This document shows, one piece after another, positions 25,791 to 42,017 of a stretch of 64,000 bases of DNA (the stretch's first letter is position 1; every line of letters starts with the position of its first letter). The stretch lies in the NCBI RefSeq assembly GCF_006345805.1, contig NC_043011.1, positions 6,076,001 to 6,140,000 of the forward strand. The letters are read 5' to 3'. The notes below the pieces were generated by a model. That model worked only from the letters and a program-made list of their open reading frames with translations. It was not told the DNA's origin and made no database searches. The position numbers and the translations under genes are program-made. Source of the stretch: Octopus sinensis (Eukaryota).

Positions 25791-28130
25791 AAAGGGAATT
25801 AAAGGCTATGAAAATAAAGGAAGAAACTGGTGAATTAGTGAGAAGGGATAGATATAAGCATGTGTTTATATAAATAAGTGTATGAAGATATAATGTGCGT
25901 GTGTGTGGAGAGGTAATGTGGAAGAGGAGGTAGAATAAAATAGAGAAGCTGCGGAAAAGGATGCTAGCCAAAGAAATGTCTACTCATTGAGGGGCAACAA
26001 AGAACTTACAGACAAAATAGGATACTCTGCCCCAGCAAACCTTATGCTGAGAGTAAACCTTGTATTGTTAAAGTCAAACAGCTCCTTTTGATAGCACCCC
26101 ACCTGAGACCACCCTTGCTTTTATGGTACAAACTCTGTTTTAAAGTGATAGAAACTGAAAACTTTCATCAAAATTTCTCTGTTTTGTTCCAAACAACTTA
26201 ATTATGACAAAGTTATTTTACTAAATTCTTCATTTCCAAAATTAATTGAAACGCAGTGTATTTCAACGGGAATATGGTACCCAAAAAAAGTTAAAGTGAT
26301 CTAAATTAACGCTTCCCATCAGCATTTCAAGTTTGTATTCCAAACACCAGCTTAATAATGCCAGAGTTATTTTACTAGATTCTTCAGAACCTTGAAATAA
26401 ATTTCAACAAAAACAGTGTATTCCAACAGGAATATGGCAACAAAATTATCAGACTGAATAAACTTGGTCCACATTGGACCCTTAAATCTTAAGGACCCAA
26501 TTACACTGCTTTAACTTTTTCGCACATCTCTGCCTCAGTTTTTAAACCATTTGATTGCAAAAGGACCACAATCTCAAGATGGTCAGTGTGTGTCGAAAGG
26601 AACAGTGAGAAGACGATATCAAACTATGACAAAAGCATTTTACATCTCACTGGTCACAAGTTTCCAGTGGGATAATCACTATACATAAGACAGTGAGTGT
26701 GAAAGGGAGTGTATGTAACTCACTGACCAACAAATATGTCAAGGGACTTCATTCATTAGTAAAAAAAAAAAAAAAAATCAACCAGCTTTTCAGTTTCCTT
26801 GCAAGGTGGAGCGTCACCGACCATTCTCCATGGCAATGCCGTCGCTGTTGTTACCACAGGGTGCAGCTAAGCGCACCATTTGTTCTGGGGCACAAGTGCA
26901 CATATTGTGTGCTTGCTTCCCCCCCACTTGACAACCGGTGTTGGTGTGTTTACATCCCTGTAACTTAGTGGTTCAGCTAAAGAGACCAACAGAATAACTA
27001 ACAAAAAAAAGATGTTACTGGGGCCAGTTTGTTTGACTGAACCCTTCAGGGTAGTGCTGCAGTATGGCCACAGTTCAACAACTGAAACAAGTGAAAGATA
27101 ACAGATCGAATCAACCCTATAATATTACTGGTACTTGTAATCAACCCCAGAAAGCAATTTAAAGGATGAAATTAAAAGGATGCAAAGATCTGATCTGACC
27201 TCAAGGTTACAACTTCATATATTATTGCCAAAGAGAGATAGCAGAACTCTTGTTTGCTCCAGCTGGCCTGATTGAGGATGGTGGGCGGGGGGAGGGAAGT
27301 TCTACATCACATTTTTAGAATTCAACAAACAGAAAGTTCCAGGTTTAAAAACAATTTCTGACAAATAAACCATTTAACTAATGCAAAAATGGAATTTGGA
27401 AGTAAAATGAAGAAAAACAAAATTTAAATACCACAAAGTATTTAGACTAAAGATTCCATCAGTTCAAACTCCTTCTCTGTCCCAGGCAAGGGGGCAGCCC
27501 CCAAAACAGGACAGTATCCTCTCTCCCTTCATACATACAAACTGATCAACTGCAATGTTTGCTGATGTATTCCACCATTATGGTTCCTAAGAATGGATTT
27601 TATCACCACTCTGTGTGCATGTGTGCTTATCTGTGTTAGTGTGTCAGTGTGTGTGTGTGTGTGTGTGCGTGTATGATTCTGGCAAAATAAGGGTTTTTCC
27701 AAAAGTTTCTTTTTCATATTTTTCCTTCCCCCTCTTTTCATTCCCCATGTCGTGTGGGAGTTCAAAGGATAGCTGTTCCCAAACTCCACTGACGATTATC
27801 ATCATTATTATTATTATTATTATTATTACGATTGTGTATGTGTGTGTCTTTGTATGTTAGGATGCTTGTGTTTGCATCTTAGTATGTGTGTGTGAAATAA
27901 TGTCTCCTAACAAAAATGTCCAGCAAGTCTCATAAAGATTATTTAAGAAACAGTAAATCAATTTGCAACAGGATAAATACCAGCTGTAAATGAAATAAAC
28001 ATAAGAGATAGTTCAGAAAGCCTCATAAATATTTCATAAAAACAATTCAAATGACAAAGGCTGAAAGTAATTAAACAAAAATAACACCTGTGCCCAGTGA
28101 AGCCCAGACAATGCAGGAATAGTTAGACAT

Positions 28131-28296
28131 AGGCGCAGGAGTGGCTGTGTGGTAAGTAGCTTGCTTACCATCCCCATGGTTCCGGGTTCAGTCCCACTGC
28201 GTGGCATCTTGCGCAAGTGTCTTCTGCTATAGCCCCGGGCTGACCAATGCCTTGTGAGTGGATTTGGTAGACGGAAACTGAAAGAAGCCTGTCGTA

Positions 28297-28328
<32 letters not shown>

Positions 28329-28515
28329 AGTGTGTGTGTGTATGTGTTTGTCCCCCTCGCATTGCTTGACAACCGATGCTGGTGTGTTTACGTCCCCGTC
28401 ACTTAGCGGTTCGGCAAAAGAGACCGATAGAATAAGTACTAGGCTTACAAAGAATAAGTCCCGGGGGTCGATTTGCTCAACTAAAGGTGGTGCTCCAGCA
28501 TGGCCGCAGTCAAAT
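28131..28515 (+). mobile_element. Full-length tRNA-derived CORE-like SINE with central (TA)/(TG)n. Other copies: 19943-20328(-), 29928-30308(-), 58452-58858(+), 23590-23950(-), 46710-47000(+), 50910-51430(+), 17858-18065(+) and array fragments
   Basis: A box gtggctgtgtgg, B box ggttcagtccc, ccttgggcaagtg-type core, tail gaaacaagtaaaag. Confidence 0.88.
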
Positions 28516-30970
28516 GACTGAAACAAGTAAAAGAGAATACATATACCACACACATGTCTGTGCCATATAAAAAACACTGGCACTGGTGCCACATAAAAAG
28601 CATAAAAAGGTCTGGCCATCGTATTCAGTGTCCGCATGAATACAACATGCAATGGTTAATGTCTAGTTACTTTGGTGATATCAGTGTCGTCATCATCATC
28701 ATCATTTGACACCCGTTTTCCATGCTGGTATGGGTTGGACAGTTTGACAGGAGGTGGCAAGCCAGAGAGCTGCACCAGGCTCCAGTTGTCATGTTTTGGC
28801 CAGGTTTCCATGGCTGGTGGCCCTTCCTAATGCCAGCCTCTTTACAGGGTGGACTGGGTGCATTTCTGTAGCACCAGCACCAGTGGGGTCACCTAATAAC
28901 TTGCAAGACAAGACAAAGTCTCCTCAACTGGGAGAGTAATCTATTTTTGATGATTGAGAAGTGGGCGAATAAAATTAGAGAATTCTGTGTTTTGCAAAAT
29001 TTTAAAAAGTTTTTAAAATCACTTTCTGATATTGTTGAGAGAAAGTGAAAGATGCCTGTCATATGTGTTTGTATGTCCTTGTCTTGTCATCACAATCTGA
29101 TTGCAAACAAATGCTACCATCATGCAGGCAGTGTTATTTGTTTGCAATCTGCCATGAAAATATGTCTCACCATTGTGCTGTATGTGTGTGTGTGTTCAAA
29201 GTCTAAACAAGATAAAAAGAAAAAGAAACAAAGTGCAGACAGAATCTGCTTCGAGATCCAGTTAACTGGAAACTTATTTTCAAACCAATTCTGTATAAAA
29301 ATAGAATAAGAACATGATTAAGTCAACCTCAACAGTTTACTGGTACCACAGTTTATTAATTTCATTCCAGCAGTGACGAACAGAAAAGCTGATTTTGGTA
29401 GGATTAGGAATACAGATACAGAATTTATTTCATAGCTGCCGATTTCAACGACCATCTCCGCCAATAAAAATAACCATTTCATATAAAGTGTTAAAACAGG
29501 AAGTTGTGATGTTCATGCTTTTTCCTAATTAATTAAAGATGCAATTCAAGTGAAATAACTCAAATTAGGAAATAAAAGATAACAATTTTGGTAGAACTCA
29601 CAAATTCTTATTAGACAAAAGAAACGTCAAGATTTCTTGGAGAAAAACATGAGAAAATGCGAGCATTTAGAAATGTGAGGTGAAATGGTGGTCATCAAGA
29701 ATGGAAACCCTATCACACATTTAGTTTACCAGGAACTTTGTATCTGCTCAGTGCTTCTAATTACTGCATTAATGAAAAGAATTAGACAATTAGTCACATG
29801 TTTCAATGCTTTTGATACCAACCCACCTCAAACTGATGCTGTTTCTATGACACAAACTTGATCTAAATTAAAATCTTTCATTAAAATTTCCATGCTAATT
29901 TATGTTCCAAATGTAAGATTAATAACTCTTTTACTTATTTCAGTCATTTTGACTGCGGCCATGCTGGAGCACCGCCTTTAGTCGAGCAAATCGACCCCGG
30001 AACTTATTCGTTGTAAGCCCAGTACTTATTCTATCGGTCTCTTTCGCCGAACCGCTAAGTGACAGGGACGTAAACACACCCGCATCGGTTGTCAAGCAAT
30101 GCTAGGGGGACAAACACAGACACACAAACACATATATATATATATATACATATATACGACAGGCTTCTTTCAGTTTCTGTCTACCAAATCCACTCACAAG
30201 GCATTGGTCGGCCCGGGGCTATAGCAGAAGACACTTGCCCAAGATGCCACGCAGTGGGACTGAACCCAGAACCATGTGGTTGGTTAGCAAGCTACTTACC
30301 ACACAGCCACATTATTCTACTAAATTGAGTGTTATTCTCAAAATTAATTGAAAGAAAAGCCATGTGTTTTATTAGCAATATGGTAACAAAAGATTTAAAG
30401 TGATCCAGCATTAAAACCTTCCATCAAATTTTCATGTTGTTATGTTCTAAACACCAAGTTAAAAATGATAATTATTTTACTAAATTCATCAATATTTTCA
30501 AAATTAATTGAAACAAAGGCCATGTATTTCATTGGAAATATGCAAACAACAAAATTAAAAGTGAATAAGAAAGGAAAACTGCGTGGAGAAAGCTAAAGAG
30601 ATTGTATGGCATTCATTGATTTCTCAAAGACATCAATGAGGTGTTGTCTCTTAGATTTTGCAGTCCAAACCCAACTGATAACTTGCGCCACCAACAGTTT
30701 ACCTCAACCGTTTTCATGTTCTTCTTTGAAAGATAATATTTTTATATATTCCAGTGTGTTTTGCTAAATTTATATAAACTCACTTTTTAACCTTAAATTA
30801 ACATCCCACTTAGACTTTAGTCTTTAAGTAGCAGATTAGATACCTGTGTGTAAATATACACACCAATATCAAACAGTCTATATATTAGCACAGTGAACCG
30901 TTGATTGGTTCCTTGTAGATCTCCTTTAACTCAATTAACCAATGTGGTTTTTATTTACCAATAAATGTAA

Positions 30971-31363
30971 TCTTTATATATAAAAGAGAGGTTGTGTGCT
31001 GTCTGTCTCCTACGATTTAGATTCCTAACTACTCCCACATTTTGCTGTGCAGTTTAACCAAAACCGGGTATCTTATAGTCGTGATTCATATCGAGCCCTT
31101 CTGGGTATTAGCGCGTGTCTACGATGAGTCTACGATTTAAAAAAAAATTTACCATAATTTTTTCCCATTTTTAATGCATTCTTGGCATATATAAGGGAAG
31201 TAACTCTCTAAGAACTTATTAAATCTCAGAACGTAAAAAGCTACAGTAACCCCCCCCTTTTATGGTTAGCCATATTGAGATGGCTATTATACTTTACATC
31301 TCTAAAAATGCTTATATAGTTATTTCCCTTACAAACCCGAGCAACGCCGGGCGATACTGCTAG
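30971..31363 (+). mobile_element. Non-autonomous Helitron (393 bp)
   Basis: A|TC 5' end, CTAG|T 3' end, GC-rich hairpin cccgagcaacgccggg (31336-51) 8 nt before CTAG, no TSD. Confidence 0.85.
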
Positions 31364-31968
31364 TATATGTATGTATATGTAAATAATAAAAAAAGAAATC
31401 TAAATGTCTTTTAAGAAGAATCATTAAATCTCTGAGATGTTTGTTGTTTCTTACAGCATAAAGATCCCCTTAATTCCTTCTTTCCATTCCTGACCTTAAA
31501 CAGGATTCTGTTTATGTCTTTGATAAGAAACCATTGGATGGAACATAAGCAAAGATTTTCTAAAGAGCAACAGATGGTATTCAATTAAACTCAACCCCAT
31601 TATATTACAGGTATTTATATTGACAATTAGAGAAATAAAACATAAAAGCCAATCTTGGTGCAGTTTGAAGTTGATATTGAGATGAGATACAACAATTGAA
31701 GTATTTAATCCATTTGTCTATCATTGGATAAGACTTTAAACTGCATCTAATGATGATGCTCCAGCTTAAGAGTTCAGGAGTTTGGGGGAGCAGTGAGTTA
31801 GTCAACACTACTCCCAAGTCTACTCTGGCCCCAGGGTGGTAATAGCTCTCAAGGGTCCCAGTTACAAGTTAAATAGCAGAAGACAGTCTTGTGCCTAAGG
31901 CATACAGAATTCAGAAAAGAACCTGTCCCTTGACATGTTTCATGTTTATGCAGGTCCACATGTGTGTA

Positions 31969-32118
31969 AAACATGCTCTATGCCACACGAACCTGTCTCC
32001 CTGCATGAGGGTTAAACATGCCCTATGCCACACGAACCTGTCTCCCTGCATGAGGGTTAAACATGGCCTTTGCTACACAAACCTGTCTCCCTGTGTGAGG
32101 ATTAAACATGCCCTGTGC
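31969..32118. repeat. 45-bp minisatellite, ~3.3 units
   Basis: Units start at 31969, 32014, 32059 and 32104. Confidence 0.9.
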
Positions 32119-32832
32119 CTCATGAGCAAGCTCAAAAGAACAAGAGACTTGCAGAAGGCAATGGAAAACCGTTATTGTATCTAGCCAAAGAAAAATCAAA
32201 GAATTTTCAGGTATTGGCATAAAGGTTAGGCCTATGATTGCCAGCACTTGTAGGAATGATGTATGAAGAGAGAGAAAGAAAGAGCTCATCACTTGTTTTA
32301 AAGCATTTAACACTAGTACAGCTGACCAAGGGTTCAAATCTGTGTATGGCTGTTACTGTAATGTATGTGACAAGTCATGACTGTTTCATTCACCCTGGCT
32401 GCTTAGCTGACAAACTGGTTCCACTCTTACCTCATTATGAAGCACTTAACAACAATAATTTTTAAAAAAAGAAAAAAAAAAGAGTACCAGCTTTTTTGGC
32501 TCCAACAAAAATGAGTAAACAACTATATTTTCAAAACTATCAAATTTGATTCCAGCTAAGATGGTCTGAGAGAAAAATTATTGGAAACCATTAGCTTTCC
32601 AGAATATTCTCTCTGCATATTCTTTGTCCTGCCTTTTCACCAGACATTTCTTTCTTTCTCTCCTACAATCCTTCCCCCTCTCCCACCACTTCTCATGGAT
32701 TTTCCACTTCGTCCCTTTTGGAAGATTTCGCTTTTGTATTCTTGTTCCCCTTTTAAATTATCTCAGCTCACCATTTACTTTTATTTCAAAATTATCTCCA
32801 AAAACCAAAAATTACATTAACAAAACAAATAC

Positions 32833-33225
32833 TGTGTTGAGTGAAAAGTTTTGCAATATTTTGGTAACTAATTTTCTTTATTTGTCAAACGACAACAAAA
32901 ACAGCCAAGCATTCCAAGGAGAGGCCACCCTGTTGCACCCTGCTGTAACTATCTCCGAGGTAAGAAGCACAAGAATGGGTTACTGTTGCCTCTTCCACGG
33001 AGATGTAGGTCTTCTAAGACTTTTAGGTAGAAGTTTCAGTGAAAGAGTTCTTCACCTTGAAGAACAAGAACTGGTAACAGCACGGGATCAAAGAACTGAC
33101 ACAAAAGTGGCTTCAGGCACTGCAACATGATGGCCTCTGCTGTGGATGCTTCGCTGCTTTTGTTGTAATTTGAAGAATGAAGCAAATAAATTACCAAAAT
33201 ATTGCAAAACTTTTGACTCAACACA
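32833..33225. mobile_element. Foldback/MITE-like element with ~110-bp imperfect inverted arms
   Basis: 32833-32942 is the reverse complement of 33115-33225 (tgtgttgagt.aaaagttttgcaatattttggtaa...). Confidence 0.65.
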
Positions 33226-33720
33226 ATAAAATAAATTTTAAAAACAAGTTTTTTAAATTCATGTAAAATTATTTAATACTGAACCAAATGATTAGCGTAC
33301 TCAATAAAACACATGACATCCCGTTCCAGGCCTGGTTTGCCCTCATAACCATATCCGAAGGAATCTTGCTATAACTACCGCCGAGGGAGGAAGCACAAGA
33401 ACAGGTTATTAATGCCTCATCCAGGTAGATATGGGTCTTCTGCTAAGACTTTTAAGCTTGAAGAGATTAGAGTTGTGGTGTTCAGGCCTTTTCTGATGGC
33501 ATTAATAACACAAAGGAAGAAGAAAACTGAAGTGAAATCAGTACAACTGGTAACTGAAGACAAATTGCAAACACTGTTCATAAAGAACTCACCTCTGACA
33601 TTACAATTATGTAATGAAAATATATAACATCTACCTTAAATCATGTATTATATAATATACACACAAATGTGTATACATGTGTGAGTGAATTGTGTAATAA
33701 ATACACCATGATTTTATATA

Positions 33721-34996
33721 TCTCATGTCATTAAGAATAAAATGTCCAATTTTCTTAGGCACCAAGTTTGACAGTCGTTAACTCTAATGTTTTATCCCGA
33801 CAATTTTTTGTTTTACGACATTGAAGAGTTGCATCATCACTTTTCAAAATGCAATTCATGTTGTCTGATTATTTTGTGAGTTTTCTCTTGTAAATCAATT
33901 TTTCTGAACCCATGGATAGATCAAAAATTCATGTTTATGAATACAAGTTCCATCATGGAACCAACACATCCCAGATAGCTAGAAAAATCAATGAGGTTTT
34001 TGGTGAAGATGTGGCAAATGAGCGCACTGTACGTTGATGGTTTGAGTTCTGGTCCAGAGACTTTACTCTTGAAAATCAGTCCCGTGGCAGACCTGAGACC
34101 AAGGTGGATAACAATGAGCTACAAACTGCAGTGGAAGTGGATACATCTCAAACTACACGTGAGTTAGCAGCAAGGTTTGATGTTCTGATTCCAACTGTAT
34201 TGGACCATCTGAAACAAATCAGAAAGGTAAAGAAGCTGGACAAATAGGTACCACATGAACTGAATGAACATCAAATGATACATCATCTTGAAACTTGCTG
34301 TTCTTTGCTCTCATGGTATAAAAGCAAACCATTTTTGCCTCATGTTACGTGTGAAGAAAAATGGATTCTTTTCAACAATAGCAAGAGTTCTGCACAGTGG
34401 TTGGAGAGAGACGAAGTGCCAAAAGACAAATTAAATAAGAATATTCATCACAGAATGTTATCAGTGTCTGTTTGGTGGTCCAGCACTGGTGTCATCCACT
34501 AAAGCTTCAGGAGACCTGATAAGTCATTTACAGCGGATGTATACATCAACCAATTGAATGAAATTTTGAGTGAACCTGCAATTAAATAACCGAGATTGGT
34601 CAATAGAGACAGGCCAATTCTCTTGCAAGACAATGCTTGACCACATGTTGCACAAAGAACATTACTCAAATTACAGGAACTGAACTTGGAAGTACTCTGT
34701 CACCCACCATATTCACCAGACCTTGCACCAACTGACATCACATTTTCCTAGCGTTAGACAATATTTTGTAAGGAAAAAAACTTTAAATCTGAAGAAGATG
34801 CAAAAACAGCCTTTCGTGATTTCATCACCTCATGCTCTTCAGAATTCTTTGCTGCTGGCATAAGTTATCGATAAAATGGCAAAAGTGTGTTGATAATTTA
34901 GGTGCATACTTTGATGAACTGCATTGCTTTTTGTCGAGATAAAGTAAAATAAACTTTCAGTTCAAAATTGGACATTTTATTCTTAATGACCTGATG
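33721..34996 (+). mobile_element. Complete decayed mariner element (1276 bp)
   Basis: 33-bp TIRs (33721-53 and 34964-96, 30/33 identical) with TA flanks; VPHEL, TCEEKW, LQDNA*PH and HPPYSPDLAPTD motifs with stops and frameshifts. Confidence 0.93.
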
Positions 34997-34999
34997 TAT

Positions 35000-35005
35000 G
35001 TACGT

Positions 35006-35053
<48 letters not shown>

Positions 35054-35265
35054 TGTATTGTATTACCTTGATTTGCTATACAAAAATGTCAAAAGGCTCA
35101 AAATACTTTAGACATCGGTAGAACTTGATTGGTAATGTCCTGTGTCAGGTAAAACAAAATTACAGGTGAATATCCAAAGGTTTTGTACACTCAATCTTTA
35201 GTTATGCATCTATTTCTCCTTTACTTACACACAACTGATATACAAAATGTATTATGCAATAAATA

Positions 35266-35312
<47 letters not shown>

Positions 35313-35378
35313 CATATACATTATATATATACATATACATACCTACACATACATATATACATACATATATACACATAC

Positions 35379-35415
<37 letters not shown>

Positions 35416-36578
35416 CATACACATATATACATACACATATATACATACATATATATACATACACATATATATACATACATATATATACACATACATATAT
35501 ATACACATACATATATATACACATATATACACATATATACACACATATACACATACACACACACACATACATACATACATACATATATATACATACATAT
35601 ATACACATACACACATACATACATACACACATACACACATACATACATACACACATACATACACATACATACATACATACATATATATATACACATACAT
35701 ACATACATATATATACACATACATACATACATATATATACACACATACATACATACATATATATACACACATACATACATACATATATATACACACATAC
35801 ATACATACATATATATATACACATACATACATACATATATATATACACATACATACATACATATATATATACACATACATACATACATATATATATACAC
35901 ATACATACATACATATATATATACACATACATACATACATATATATATACACATACATACATACATATATCATACATATATATATACATATTATATATAC
36001 ACATATATACATACATAATATATATACAACATACATACATAATATATATACACATACATACATACATATACATATATAATACATACATACATATACATAT
36101 ATATATACATACATACTACATATATATATACACATACATACATACATATATATATACACATATACATACATACATATATACACATACATACTACATATAT
36201 ATTACACATACATACATACATATATATATACATATATACATACTATATATATACATACATACATACATACATACATCCATACATACATACATATATATAT
36301 ACACATACATACTACATATATATATACATATACATACATACATATATATACACATACATACATACATATATATATACACATACATACATACATATATATA
36401 CATACATACTACATACATATATATATATACATACATACATATATATATACATACATACATATATATATACACATACATACATACATACATACACATACAT
36501 ACTACATACATATATACATACATACTACATATATATATATACATACATACATATATATATACATACATACATATATAT

Positions 36579-36615
<37 letters not shown>

Positions 36616-37705
36616 CATACATACATACATACATAACATACATATACATACATACATACATATATATACATACATACATATATATACATACATACATATA
36701 TATACATACATATATACACATATACATACATACATACATACATATACATACATACATACATATACACATACATACATATATATACATACATACATATATA
36801 TATATACATACATATACATACATACATACATATATACACATACATACATCATACATATATATATCATACATACATAATACATACATATATATATAATACA
36901 TACATACATATATACATACATACATATATATATATATCATACATACATATATACATATATTACATACATACATATAATATACATACATATATATATATAA
37001 TACATATATATATACTACATACATATATATATATACATACATACTATACATACATATATATACATACATATATACATATACATACATATATACATATACA
37101 CATACATATATACATATACACATACATATATACATATACATATATATATATACATACATACATACATACTATATACATACATACATACATATAATACATA
37201 CATACATACATATATTACATACATACATATATATATATATATACATACATATATAATATATATACATACATATATATATAATACATACATATATATATAT
37301 ACTACATACATATATATATATACATATAATATATATATACATATATATATATATACATACATATATATAATATACATACATATATATCATACATACATAA
37401 TATATATATACATACATCATATATATATATACATACATATATATATATATATATAATATATATACATATACATATATACATATATATATATATACATACA
37501 TATATTATATACATACATATATATATATATACATACATATATATATATATACATACATATATATATATACTACATATATATATATACATACATATATATA
37601 TATACATACATATATATATATATACATACATATATATATATACATACACATATATATATATACATACATATACATACATACATACATATATATATATATA
37701 CATAC

Positions 37706-37736
<31 letters not shown>

Positions 37737-38789
37737 ATACATACATATATATATATACATACATATATAATATATATACATACATATATATATATACATA
37801 CATATATAATATATATATATACATATTATATATATATACTACATACATATTATATATACATACATATTATATATACATACATATATATATATATATACTA
37901 TATATATATATAACTATATATATATATATACACATATATATAATATATATACATACATATTATATATACATATATATTATATATACATATATCATATATA
38001 TATATACATACATATATATATATACATACATTACATATATATTATATATATATACATCTATATATATATATCATACATTACATATATATATATATACATA
38101 CATTACATACATATATACATTACATATATATATATATAATATACATACATTACATATATATATATATATATTACATACATTACATATATATAATATATAC
38201 ATACATTACATATATATCTATATACATACATTACATATATATATATACATACATACATATATATATATACATACATACATATATATATATACATACATAC
38301 ATATATATATATACATACATACATATAATATATACATACATATATATATATATATATACATACTATATATATATATATACATACATATATATATTATATA
38401 CATACATATATATATATATCATACATATATATATAATATATAAACATATATATATATATATAACATACATATATATATATATATACATACATACATACAT
38501 ACAACATACATACATACACACACACATACATACACACACACACACCACACACACACACACACACACACGATGTATTGTATTACCTTGATTTGCTATACAA
38601 AAATGTCAAAAGGCTCAAAATACTTTAGACATCGGTAGAACTTGATTGGTAATGTCCTGTGTCAGGTAAAACAAAATTACAGGTGAATATCCAAAGGTTT
38701 TGTACACTCAATCTTTAGTTATGCATCTATTATCTCCTTTACCTTACACACAACTGATATACAAAATGTATTATGCAATAAATACACTA

Positions 38790-38831
<42 letters not shown>

Positions 38832-38870
38832 CATATACATACATATATACACATACATATATACACATAC

Positions 38871-38907
<37 letters not shown>

Positions 38908-38914
38908 CATACAC

Positions 38915-38949
<35 letters not shown>

Positions 38950-38970
38950 CATACACATATATACATACAC

Positions 38971-39007
<37 letters not shown>

Positions 39008-39640
39008 CATATATACATACACATATATATACATACATATATATACACATATATACACACATATACACATACACACACACACATACATACATACATATAT
39101 ATACACATACATACATATACACATACACACATACATACATACACACATACATACATACACACACATACATACATACACATACATACATACATACATATAT
39201 ATATACACATACATACATACATATATATATACACATACATACATACATATATATATACACATACATACATACATATATATATACACATACATACATACAT
39301 ATATATATACACATACATACATACATATATATATACACATACATACATACATATATATATACACATACATACATACATATATATACACATACATACATAC
39401 ATATATATACACATACATACATACATATATATATACACATACATACATACATATATATACACATACATACATACATACATATACACATACATACATACAT
39501 ACATATATATATACATACATATATATATACACATACATATATATATATACACATACATACATATATATATACTACATACATATTATATATATATATTACA
39601 TACATACATACATATATATATATATATAATATATATATAC

Positions 39641-39673
<33 letters not shown>

Positions 39674-40091
39674 CATACATACAACATACATACATATATA
39701 TATATATATACATACATACATACATACATACATACTACATACTATATATACATACATACATATATACATACATACATATATACATACATACATATATATA
39801 CATACATACATATATATACATTACATACATACATACATATACATACACATACATATATATACAATACATACATATATATATACATATACACATACATATA
39901 TATATACACATCATACATACATATATATATACACATACATACATATATATATACACATACATACATATATATACACATACATACATACAACATATACACA
40001 TACATACATACATACATATACACATACATACATACATACATATATATATACATACATACATATATATATACATACATACATATATATATAC

Positions 40092-40132
<41 letters not shown>

Positions 40133-40390
40133 CATACATACATACATACATATACATACATACATACATATATATACATACATACATATATATACATACA
40201 TACATATATATACATACATACATACATACATATACATACATACATACATACATATACATACATACATAATATACATACATATATATAACATACATACATA
40301 TATATATATACATACATATATACATATACATACATACATACATATATACATACATACATACATATATACATACATACATACATATATACA

Positions 40391-40423
<33 letters not shown>

Positions 40424-40531
40424 CATACATACATATATATATATACATACATACATATATACATATATACATACATATATTATATATACATACATATATA
40501 TATATACATACATACATATATACATACTACA

Positions 40532-40567
<36 letters not shown>

Positions 40568-40814
40568 CATACATATATACATATACATACATATATACAT
40601 ATACACATACATATATACATATACACATACATATACATATACATATATATTATATACATACATACATACATACATACATACATACATACATACATACATA
40701 CATACATACTACATACATACACATACTATATATATATATACATACATATATATATATACATACATATATATATTACATACATATATATATATATATACAA
40801 CATATATATATATA

Positions 40815-40847
<33 letters not shown>

Positions 40848-42017
40848 CATACATATATATCTATATATATATACATACATATATATATATACATACATTA
40901 TATATATACATACATATATATATATATATACATACATATATATATATATATACACATACATATATATATATACATACATAATATATATACATACATATAT
41001 ATAATACATACATATATATATATACATACATATATATATATTACATACATATATATATATATACATACATATATATATATACATACTATATATATATACA
41101 TACATATATATATATAATACATATATATACATACATACATATATATATACATACATACATACATACATACATTATATATATATACATATATATATATATA
41201 CATACATATATATATATATACATACATATATATATATACATACATATTATATATATACATACATATATATATATTACATACATATATAATATATATACAT
41301 ACATATATATATATACATACATATATATATATCATACATATATATATATATACATAATATATATATATATATACATATTATATATATATACACATATATT
41401 ATATATATATACATACATATATATATATACACATATATATATATATATATACATACATATATATATACATACATATATATATATATATACATTACTATAT
41501 ATATATACATAACATATATATATATACATACACACATTACATATATATATATATACATACATTACATATATATATACATACATTACATATATATATATAT
41601 AACATATATAACATATATATATATACATACATTACATATATATATATATATATACATACATTACATATATATATATATACATACATTACATATATATATA
41701 TACATACATACATATATATATATACATACATACATATATATATATACATACATACATATATATATATATACATACATACTATATATATATACATACATAC
41801 ATATATATATATATATACATACATATATATATATATATACATACATATATATAATACATACATATATATATATATACATACATATATATATATATATATA
41901 CATACATATATATATATATACATACATATATATATATATACATACATACATATACATACATACATACATACATACATACATACACACACATACATATACA
42001 CACACACACACACACAG
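35000..42017. repeat. 7-kb compound (TA)/(CA)/(TACA)n microsatellite field made of two ~3.5-kb copies
   Basis: A unique ~210-bp spacer occurs at 35052 and again at 38569 (offset 3517). Confidence 0.95.

Noticed and set aside
28131-28205. tRNA-like A/B boxes here and at 44303 and ~45990
   Set aside because: They are SINE heads followed by SINE bodies, with no complete cloverleaf.
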